64,000 bases of DNA. Source: a virus. Both the position numbers and the translations under genes were made by a program. Within the stretch, counting starts at the first letter, position 1. Each line of letters starts with the position of its first letter. The stretch lies in IMG/VR virus record IMGVR_UViG_3300021379_000006, positions 32,001-96,000 of that record, one strand, 5' to 3'. The notes under the pieces were generated by a model, which worked only from the letters and a program-made list of their open reading frames with translations, was not told the origin of the DNA and made no database searches. Below are positions 28,000-37,400 of the stretch, piece by piece.

Positions 28000-30795
28000 T
28001 TATGAACCCATCTTTCCTGTGTAAAAAGGCACTGCAAACTTCTTAATTTCTTTTCCTTTTTTTCCTTGACCATTTGCTAAACTCATTGTCGCAAGTACTT
28101 CTGGTGTAAGACCATACATTTCTGCATAATTCCCACTAAGCATTGGATTCTCTGCTTGAGTTGTTCCTGAAGTATAGTAATCTATCATAGCTTTGTTGAC
28201 ACCATCTTCACCAAACATGTTATACAAATCTTGTAGATCTTGCATACGTTGTTGTTTAGCAACTCTAGGATCTCCTTGCTTACTTGGAATAGGTCTTCTA
28301 CCATTTACAAAATCAATGGTACCACCTGTTACAGGATTAATATTAAATTGATCATAAAGACTACTTAAATTGTAAGCGCCCACTGCATTTGTAAGAGCAT
28401 CTGCCTGCCAGTTCATGAAATCATTCATGTCAGCATTCTTTTCATTATCATACATTTGCAATGTAGCTTGTGTTGCATCATACAATTGATCAGTTCTTTC
28501 AGCATTTAATCTGTTAACCGCAAAGTCTAATTGAGCCTGACGTGTTAAACCAGAATTAACTGTATTAATATTTCTACCATGAACTCTTGCAAATGCGTTA
28601 GCGGCTTGCGTCATTGCATCACCAGACATTTTACTTAACCTAGCACTTGTGCTTTGAGGACCCGCAAAAGCACCTACTGCCTGCGCAGCTATATTATATT
28701 TCTCATTTACATCTGCAAGCTGTCTTGTAGGTTCTTCTAGTACATAATCTATTCTTGGTCTTTCAATAGGCTGTCTGAACGGCATGTACATATTTCTATC
28801 TCTAAGAGCAATTGCTGCTCCCTTATATAGATCTTGTGTGTAGAAGTCAAGATCAGGATCTCTATATGTTTGTATATCTCCTGGTTCATCACAGCATTCT
28901 AATGAATATGTACCATCGGGACAAAGACATCCTTCTTCTTCTTTTTCTTTTTCTGGTTCTGGCTCTGCTACTTGTAAGAATTGATTCAAAGTATTATTAC
29001 CGTAGAATCCATCTTTCTTAGAAATCTTCTTATTTACAGCCCAGTTAGTATTTTGATTTGGTCCAGTTGCTGTATATGATAAGTATGGCTCAGCATTATC
29101 CTTATCTGCTATAGTAACAGCTTGGAAGAATAATTGATTTAATTGTGTTGTTTTGTCATCAATGTTATAACCACCATAAAGATCTGGATAAAGTTCTGCT
29201 GCTCTATCAAATAAAGCTTGAGTGTTTTTATTTTTTCTATCTCCTCTACCTCTATCTAACTCTTTTGCATATCTCATGTCTTCAGGCATAAGATCTGCAA
29301 TCATATAGTTATTCTTTTGGTAGTCTAGGAATGTTTGAACCATCTCAGCCTTAGATGGGATATCAGATTCAGGAATACCTTGCGCCTTTGCGTTAGCAAC
29401 AAAAGCAACATAAGCTCTATCAATTGTAGTTTCCCACATAGGATCACCAGAAGTAAATAGTCTTTCTAGTTCTTGATATTGTGAATAGTTATCACCTAAC
29501 CCTCTACCACCTTCAATCTCTGAAACATCTAAGGTTGTTCTACCACCTCTTCTTGAAGCAGCAGGTGCCGCAGCAGGTGCCGCAGCAGGAGAAGGTGTAG
29601 GAGAAGGTGGTGCAGAAGCTCCAGCAGCTGAACCAGAAATAGTTGTAGCAGGAATAGTTGTAGCAGGAGGAGTAGGATCAAGAGGACCGGATGCTTTAAC
29701 ATATGCTTGTGCATCACCACTCCAAACCCAGCCTGCATTTTCCATTGTTGTATTATACTGAGTACCAGCATGTGGATTTCCTGTTGGAATAAGACTTCCT
29801 ACAGGATTACCCTCTGTATCTACCGCATGTTTTCCTATTTCTACATACTTGCCGTTTGTAAATTGATATGCTGTACCGTTTGCTGGATTAAAATAATAAA
29901 CACCTTCTTGAGCATCTGCTGTAAATGGTATACCATATCTACCATTAGACATTTTTTGATATTCAATACCATTTTGGGCTCTTGGTAATTCCATACCATA
30001 AGCAGCCATAGGTTGTGACATTTGACCAGCTTGTTCCATTATCTGTCTTAATGCCATTACCTGAGCTTGTTGCTCTGGAGATAATCCTTCAAACATTCTT
30101 TGTGCAGCTTGCTCTCTTGTGATATTCTCTACTTTCTGAGTAAACTCAATAGGATTAATACCTTGAGAAATCAAATAAGGATGAGCAGTTGCTGGAACAC
30201 CATCTGAAAATTGTTTCTTTGCTTCTTGTCCAAATGCTAATTTTGATAAACTCATTTGATTTTTATCTATCATTAATTCAGCACTTTTGGTTGTAATGTT
30301 ATCTGCAAAAGGATCTGCCATTGCTCCTATGTATTCATTGAGCTGGTATTTTTTAGAAACCTTAGCTGGAGTCATTTTCTTTCTTGATTCAATACCAAAC
30401 TCTGCAAGCTCTTGTCTATTAAACTTCATTTTAGCTGTATCAGAAAATACAAATGATTGCTCTGGCAAATACATTGGTACGCCACCACTACTGTGTCTAG
30501 GACCTTTAATGTCATACAAACCAAATCTACCATCATTATTAAGATCTGTCAATACAGTCTCACCACCTTCTGCTTCTATATTAGCAACTTCTCTAGGTAC
30601 GGATGATAAAGAGTATCTAACATCTACGTCATTGGTATTGTTAAATTGGTCATTACCAAAATTATAAGGAGATGTAACAAGACCATAACCAGATTGATCT
30701 CCGGTCATCATACCGCCATGTTTCATCTTTTTTGTAACCTTACCGTTTTTAATTTCAAAACCATCAGGTAATTTTTTTAATCTAATCTTTGCCAT
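28000..30795 (-). CDS. Virion cargo protein
   Basis: 931 aa. N-terminal ANIEAEGGETV..GPRHSSGGV..FVFSD motif typical of crAss-like internal proteins, a Pro/Ala linker and an LPRAQNG linker motif. Confidence 0.65.
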   Translation of the reverse strand: MAKIRLKKLPDGFEIKNGKVTKKMKHGGMMTGDQSGYGLVTSPYNFGNDQFNNTNDVDVRYSLSSVPREVANIEAEGGETVLTDLNNDGRFGLYDIKGPRHSSGGVPMYLPEQSFVFSDTAKMKFNRQELAEFGIESRKKMTPAKVSKKYQLNEYIGAMADPFADNITTKSAELMIDKNQMSLSKLAFGQEAKKQFSDGVPATAHPYLISQGINPIEFTQKVENITREQAAQRMFEGLSPEQQAQVMALRQIMEQAGQMSQPMAAYGMELPRAQNGIEYQKMSNGRYGIPFTADAQEGVYYFNPANGTAYQFTNGKYVEIGKHAVDTEGNPVGSLIPTGNPHAGTQYNTTMENAGWVWSGDAQAYVKASGPLDPTPPATTIPATTISGSAAGASAPPSPTPSPAAAPAAAPAASRRGGRTTLDVSEIEGGRGLGDNYSQYQELERLFTSGDPMWETTIDRAYVAFVANAKAQGIPESDIPSKAEMVQTFLDYQKNNYMIADLMPEDMRYAKELDRGRGDRKNKNTQALFDRAAELYPDLYGGYNIDDKTTQLNQLFFQAVTIADKDNAEPYLSYTATGPNQNTNWAVNKKISKKDGFYGNNTLNQFLQVAEPEPEKEKEEEGCLCPDGTYSLECCDEPGDIQTYRDPDLDFYTQDLYKGAAIALRDRNMYMPFRQPIERPRIDYVLEEPTRQLADVNEKYNIAAQAVGAFAGPQSTSARLSKMSGDAMTQAANAFARVHGRNINTVNSGLTRQAQLDFAVNRLNAERTDQLYDATQATLQMYDNEKNADMNDFMNWQADALTNAVGAYNLSSLYDQFNINPVTGGTIDFVNGRRPIPSKQGDPRVAKQQRMQDLQDLYNMFGEDGVNKAMIDYYTSGTTQAENPMLSGNYAEMYGLTPEVLATMSLANGQGKKGKEIKKFAVPFYTGKMGS
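29558..29668. repeat. Short coding tandem repeats (Pro/Ala/Thr linker)
   Basis: GCAGCAGGTGCC x2+, GGAGAAGGTG x2 and ATAGTTGTAGCAGGA x2 encode PATTIPATTI and PAAAPAAAPAA. Confidence 0.7.
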
Positions 30796-30797
30796 AA

Positions 30798-33700
30798 TTA
30801 TAACATTTCTATGTCTGCTCCAGCAGCTATTAATGCAGCAAGAGTATCATTATCTACTTCTAGTTCTCCACCATATTCACGTTCTATCTTTCCTGCAGAT
30901 GTATAACCTTGTCTAACAGCCTCAGTAACTAAGGCCGCAGCTTCTTCTGGAGTATTTGTAGTTGCACCAATTATAGAACCCAAAAAGTTATTATACATAT
31001 CCATTCCAGATTCCTTAGCCTTTGTCATAAAAGGTCTTTCATCCTTACCAAATGCGGAAGCTTCGTGACCGGCGCCCAAAATATTTGCACCAATAGCACC
31101 TATTATTTCATCATGAGGAAGATAATCTGAAAAAGGAATATAAGCTCCTGCTTTATCTGCTATTGTTTGAGCAGTAACAGCTGATGAATAACCATGTCTT
31201 AATGGATCTGAGTTTATATCTCTAAACTCCATCAAAGCTTCAAGACTCTTATAAGCATCAGAATTCTTTTTAGTTTCCCAAATTTCTGTTAAACGATTCA
31301 ACTCTGCTATTTCTTCATCAGTAAATTTGCTTTTATCATAGTCATGTATACGCATTAACCTGTCTTCATATCTATATAACTCGTCTTGAGCGCCATCAAT
31401 GTCATCTATTATCATTTGTTGTTCCTTCGTATATGGGAAGTCATAACGCATAGAACCAAGAGAATTATCTACTTGATCTTCTAAATATCCTAAAAGATTA
31501 CCTTTATTGTATGCATATTTAAGATCAGAATAATTTTCTTCTGGAGGATCTCCACCATTTTGCATTTCCTCTTTATGCAAATATCCCATCTTAGCCATTC
31601 TTTCATGATCAGCTGGTACTTTAGCTTTATAACCTTTACCGCTTTCAGGATCATACATCATGTGTGGTTCAAACTCACCGCCTTTTTTATACATTTCTTT
31701 ACCGTACATAGCAGGTGCATAATAATCAACAAGATTGTCTGGTTCAGCTAATCCAGTGTTCACGTCAAATGTTCCTCTCTTATTTGCAGGATTTTCTACA
31801 GCTCTATAAATTCTATCAGCCATAGTAGAGTTTCTCAATTCATTTTTGTAGTTAAAGTAATCTTGCTCTGCAAAAAACTCATTAGCAAAGTTTGCTCCCA
31901 TTACAGCAAAGTTTGAAACATCTCCATATGCTTGCATGTATGGGTTATCTTGTATAAATGTAGATATCTGTTTTGGTATGTTTTTTAACTGTCTTCTTCT
32001 TGTTACAGTAGGTTGTTCTGTTGTTTGATTTCCAGAGTATGCAGATAAATCTATATTTCTTAATTCTGGCATTGCTGCTTCAGAAGTTAATGATGAAAGA
32101 TCAACTTCTTTAGGATTTAAACCAACAACAGGCATTGCAAGTGGTCTATCAAATTCTTCTGCTACATCATCTAATGCTGTCTGATCAAAGTAAGCACCAC
32201 CCATACCAGATCCACCTGACCAATTGTATGGAGGACCAAATTGAGCTTTAGGTAATTCAGAGCCGTATTTTAATTCTGGAAAACTACCACCTTTATATAC
32301 GTAGTCACTTAATTTTGGTTGAATTACTTCATGAGCTTCACCTTCAAAAGCATTAGTATCATCATATGGATCATATTCTTGCGCTGGATCCCGCCATTCC
32401 CTAAAGGCTCCTTTTCCAAAACGCAGAAGAGAGTTTAATGTGCCATCTCTTCTTATTTGCAAATTATGAGCTAGCTCATCAATTATCTTTTCTCTTATTT
32501 GCTCGTCAGTCATTCCTGCACGTCCTAAATAAACTATATTGTCTCTATTTATTGGATTAACGTGAGCTCTGCGTCTATTAGATCCGGTTGCTGCATCTAA
32601 CCATCCTGCATCACCATAAAAAGGCACAGAAAACCTTTCATTATCTAAACCAAGCGTCAAAGGTGGTTGACCTGCCCTTTGCCAAACCTCTCTATATCTT
32701 TTTGCTTCTTCATCTGAAAGACCTTTTGTTGCACGCTTTAAAAGTTCTTCAGTCTCATTATCTGGTGCTTCATCTTTATAGTTTGTTGTGTATCTTGTAT
32801 CACCATAAAGAAAAGATTCACCTCTACCCAAATCATTTCTAGCTGCAGCAAATGCTTCATCTTTATCAGCGTATTGATTATAGTTGGGAAGAGATTCATA
32901 TCCATCATCATCTGTCCATACCCAATTCTTAGGTGATGTTAATAGTGCACCTGCAGTTTCTAATTGTCTTTTTGTAGGTTTATTAAAAGTCAATTCATCA
33001 GGAATCAAACCTTCTTTGCCATCAAGCCAACCATCATTCCAATAAGTGTCCGAGCCTCCTAAAGCTGAATTACCCCAATTTAATAAATCAACAAGACCAT
33101 ATTGAGCTTTGGGTAATGTAGAGCCTCCATATTTAAATTGAGATTCCTGTTCGTATATCTGTCTTAGCTGAGCTTCATTTAAACCCATTAGTCTAGGGCT
33201 TGTAGCATTGGCAACATACCAATCTTTAAATCCATCATTAGATCCCTCTTGCGTATCATCTACTGGTGGAATCTGAACAACACTTCTTTCAGGAGTATTA
33301 GAAGAAATCATTGCAGGGAGTGGTTGATCATTCTCAGTTTCACCTAGCATTGTGCGTCTATACATATCGCTCAATGCTTTGTCTCCTGCTATATTATAGC
33401 TGCTGTATTGATTCCCTGTGTTAATTAAGCCTGTACCGCTTGGGTAGTCTTTTGCGCCAAGCAACATTTGTTTTTCTTCTAGATCCATGTTATCAATATT
33501 CTCCATGAATCTTGCCAATGATATACCAGAAACTCTATTGTTTTTTCCAATCATCTTTCTTTCAAGATCATTGGATGCAATTGCAGATTTATAATCATTT
33601 GCTTCTGGATCAAAATCAACCCTGCTGTTTAGTAAAAGATCATTTGTGTACTGGTCTCTTGTTCTAATATTTCCTTCAGCAAAATCATTGAAATTAACAA

Positions 33701-34412
33701 CATAATTGCTTGGATCAAGATTACCATAATCAACATCAAATGTTTTATTTAAATTTTGCTTACCCTTATATCTAGCCTTCTTAGCAGACCAGTCTCTAAA
33801 GGTTCCATCCATTAGACCATCTTCATTAGCATCTTGTTTACTAAAAAGCTTACCATATGCATCATCAAGTAAATATGCAGCGCCAAGTAAATTACCTCTT
33901 CTCGGTGTAGGTGGTAAATACAAAGCATGCGGTATATTATTTTCTTGACCAAAAAGAGGACCCGTTCCTTTGTTTACCCCACCATAAGCCATAGACGGCA
34001 TTGCTTCAGATTGCATCAATTGTTGACCAGCTTGTTCTGCCATCATATCCAGTTCCTCTGGTGACATTTGTTGTTGACCCATTGGAGCTTGTGGCATCAT
34101 AGCTTGTTGTGGTTGCTGAGCTTGCGCTTGTTGCTGAGCAACCATATCCTTTTCTAAAAGCTCAACTTTTTGAAATAATTCTACAACAGCATCTGGTGTA
34201 AATCCTAGATGCTCAAGAGCACTACTCATATCATTAGGTTGAACACCACCTTGGGACATGATTCTGTAGATAACCTCCTCTATGGCAGCACCTTCTGAGG
34301 CCATTGCTTCAATCTGGTTAAAGATTTCTCTAACCTCTGGGCTCATGGCTCTATCTCCTGACACTGAAGTTTGAGTATTTAAACTTTTTTTATTTGAATT
34401 TGTTGCTTGCAT
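30798..34412 (-). CDS. Modular virion cargo protein with zincin-like and toxin-like modules
   Basis: 1204 aa. Q/M-rich N-terminus, repeated xYGG/LPKAQ linkers, AFAAAR module, DELAH..EGEAH zincin-like motif and C-terminal DPLRH..HE..MDMYNN domain. Confidence 0.65.
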   Translation of the reverse strand: MQATNSNKKSLNTQTSVSGDRAMSPEVREIFNQIEAMASEGAAIEEVIYRIMSQGGVQPNDMSSALEHLGFTPDAVVELFQKVELLEKDMVAQQQAQAQQPQQAMMPQAPMGQQQMSPEELDMMAEQAGQQLMQSEAMPSMAYGGVNKGTGPLFGQENNIPHALYLPPTPRRGNLLGAAYLLDDAYGKLFSKQDANEDGLMDGTFRDWSAKKARYKGKQNLNKTFDVDYGNLDPSNYVVNFNDFAEGNIRTRDQYTNDLLLNSRVDFDPEANDYKSAIASNDLERKMIGKNNRVSGISLARFMENIDNMDLEEKQMLLGAKDYPSGTGLINTGNQYSSYNIAGDKALSDMYRRTMLGETENDQPLPAMISSNTPERSVVQIPPVDDTQEGSNDGFKDWYVANATSPRLMGLNEAQLRQIYEQESQFKYGGSTLPKAQYGLVDLLNWGNSALGGSDTYWNDGWLDGKEGLIPDELTFNKPTKRQLETAGALLTSPKNWVWTDDDGYESLPNYNQYADKDEAFAAARNDLGRGESFLYGDTRYTTNYKDEAPDNETEELLKRATKGLSDEEAKRYREVWQRAGQPPLTLGLDNERFSVPFYGDAGWLDAATGSNRRRAHVNPINRDNIVYLGRAGMTDEQIREKIIDELAHNLQIRRDGTLNSLLRFGKGAFREWRDPAQEYDPYDDTNAFEGEAHEVIQPKLSDYVYKGGSFPELKYGSELPKAQFGPPYNWSGGSGMGGAYFDQTALDDVAEEFDRPLAMPVVGLNPKEVDLSSLTSEAAMPELRNIDLSAYSGNQTTEQPTVTRRRQLKNIPKQISTFIQDNPYMQAYGDVSNFAVMGANFANEFFAEQDYFNYKNELRNSTMADRIYRAVENPANKRGTFDVNTGLAEPDNLVDYYAPAMYGKEMYKKGGEFEPHMMYDPESGKGYKAKVPADHERMAKMGYLHKEEMQNGGDPPEENYSDLKYAYNKGNLLGYLEDQVDNSLGSMRYDFPYTKEQQMIIDDIDGAQDELYRYEDRLMRIHDYDKSKFTDEEIAELNRLTEIWETKKNSDAYKSLEALMEFRDINSDPLRHGYSSAVTAQTIADKAGAYIPFSDYLPHDEIIGAIGANILGAGHEASAFGKDERPFMTKAKESGMDMYNNFLGSIIGATTNTPEEAAALVTEAVRQGYTSAGKIEREYGGELEVDNDTLAALIAAGADIEML

Positions 34413-34449
34413 AATATATTATTAATATACAAATAATTCAGCAGAATGC

Positions 34450-37400
34450 CTAATTATCAGCGTCTTTCATCTTACTTAATACGTTGGTCATTATGTAATT
34501 AGGAATGCTCATTTTTGCATTCTTTGCTTCTCTATAATACTTTCTATTAATCTTATCATATAGCTTGCTTGCAGGTTTTTGCATGATAGTTCCATCATAA
34601 ACCCCATCAATATAATCTTTATAAATCTGCAAATTATTAGCCATCTCACCACCTTGTTCCATTCTATCAAATTGATCAAAGGTTAAGAAACGCGCATTAC
34701 TCTTTACTCTTGAAGCATAATTATCTCTCTTATTCCATTTTGTTGGAAGATAAGCCCACATGTCTTTCTTCTGAGAAGTTGTTAATTGTTCATTGTATCT
34801 AATACCAAGAACAGTTGCAGTTGCTATTGCAGCTTTTTCAGGATCTAAAAAATCCATATTAGATGTTATACCAAGCTCTGCTAATGCTTCTTTTTCTTTA
34901 TCGTTTAGATAACTCCAACGCATTTGAGTATAACCAACACTTCTAAAATCTTCACTAGCTCCATATGTGGTTGCTTTACTTACAACATCCGGAGAAGATG
35001 CATTTTTAGAGTCCATCGCTTTACCGGCTGCTCTCATAATATTACCTCCTGTAGAATGTGTATCACCAAAGTTGGATTCTGTTCCATATATACCGAATGC
35101 CATCCTTGCAATTTGATTATAAGTATCACTTGATATTTGGGCAACCTTCATTATTCGTTGTTTATTATCTACAAGAGCATTAATAAAAGGTTTGGTTGTA
35201 TTTGTAAGTTCTTCTTCATCTGTTGTATCTGAGGTAAGCAAATCACCTATTCCTGTTTCATTAAACACGTTCTCTCTAAATAATGACTCATCAAAATTTG
35301 CTTTGATTGGTTTATATGTTAATGTGTTAGTGCTGTAGTTAGCTCCTTGCCCTTTTTGTTCTCTACCTTTTTCATCTGTGTATTGTAAATAACTTTGTCT
35401 GTTATCTGCACTCACTCTTAAAACAGCTTTTCCATCTACAAGCTCAAAGTAATTCCCTTCATCTTCTGGTAAAATATATACAGGAGTTCCTATGGGAAGA
35501 TCCATATTATATAATGCTTGTATATCTGTACATTTACCATTAATACATCCGTTAGAACTTCTATTATCATCTAAAGTTTCATTATCAAAAAAAGGAATTC
35601 TGTAGTCAGGTGCTCCATGTAGTGCTGTACCAACAACTTCACCGCGCTCATTCATTAATGTAAATGATGGCGCACTATTATAATATGCATCACTTGTTGG
35701 ACTTGATGATGCTATTTTATATCTACCTGCACCTGTAGAAAGATTACCTTTGCTCCAATCTGTTTGCCAAGAACCGTTTACTTTGTCTGCATCTGTGATA
35801 ATACCATCATTGTTTTTATCAACGGCTTTTGTTGTAGTTTGTGCATCTCCAGGATTAACTCCCATTTGTACTTCAAAATCCATAACAGGAGTATCTCCTT
35901 GATATAATTTTAGCCGTTGTGTTTTCTTATCAATTACGACATACTGCTCATTAGGATTTTGCAATGCTTGAGCTTTGATGATTATATTCTCATCTGTTGT
36001 GCTGTTAATATCAGCTCTATTTGCTTCAAGCTTATCTATATCAATCCAAGATTCTTCTTTTAATGATTTTTCTTCAATGTAATTACTAGGCAATTGTAAT
36101 TTTTGATTTACAATAATTAAGTTGGGATTACTAATGTTATTTAACTTAGTAAGAACATCTACACTAGTACCATATTTTTTAGCAATCTTACCTAAAGTAT
36201 CACCAGACTTAACTCTATAAAAATCATTAGAAGATTCTTTTTGTGTTTCTTGAGCTGCAGCTTGTTGTTCTACAATCTTTGGAACCTGAAGCTTTTGATT
36301 AATCTTAATAAAATTAGGATTAGATATGCTATTCAAAGCAGCAATGTCATTTACAGTAGATCCATATCTTTTAGCTATCTTACCAAGTGTGTCTCCGGAT
36401 TTTACGGTGTAAGTATCATATTGTTCACCACCATCTTGAAGAGTTCTGTAGCCGTTAAAGATTCCTTCGCGTTTTAATTTATTAGTGCTTTCACGGAAAC
36501 TTTCTCTATCACCAGCCTTCTCAACATTCTTATGACCTTGTAACCAAAGATCTTCTAAAGACATTTTACCATCAGCAAAATCTTTAAGAACTGCTTTTGA
36601 TTGAATTAAATTTACTAAGAACGCTGTGTATTGTTGCTCTGGTGTTAATTGATCTGCAGAAGTTGCATTTAAAATACCAGGATCCACTTCAAGCCCCATA
36701 GAATCAGCTACAGTTTTATATCTATTTTTAAATGTCTTAAAAGCAGGACCTTCAAACTGGAACATTCCTCTAGCAGGACCATCTTGGGCCTGTTTCATTT
36801 TAGGATTCATTGTATGCCAAGATTCATGATAAGCAACAGTATCAGCAGCCTCACCCCACATGTCTCTTGTGCCACCACGAGTTTGTACTAGATAATCTAA
36901 TGTATTATTTAGATCTAATATATTACTCTTAGGTTTTTCTTTTTTAACTGGAGTAGGTGCAACTTCTGTAGTATATCTGTCTCCGTACCACATGAACTGA
37001 TCTTTACCATCTTTTCTTGCTGCTGCAAAAGCTTGATCAAATGTTCCGGCATCATCATATGTATATACACCCCAGTTCATTGGGTTTGCATAATCAAGCC
37101 AAGATGTCTCACCTCTATTTTGATATGAAGGTAATTTACCACCTTTTTGTTCTTGTAATGCAGAAGCTCCTAATCCAGCAGCACTTATAGCAGGACCTAT
37201 CATATTTTTAACTCCTTTAGTTAAACCTCTCAGAGCATTAAGACCACTAATTTTGTCAACACCTGCAAATTCAAAATTTGTATTAATAGGATCTATTTCA
37301 CCAGGAAAAGCTCTACGCATTTGAGGACCTTCATACCTAGGAGCAGTAACTGTAGTTTCAGCTAGCATACCATCATAGTATATAGGATCTTCTTTTGGAT

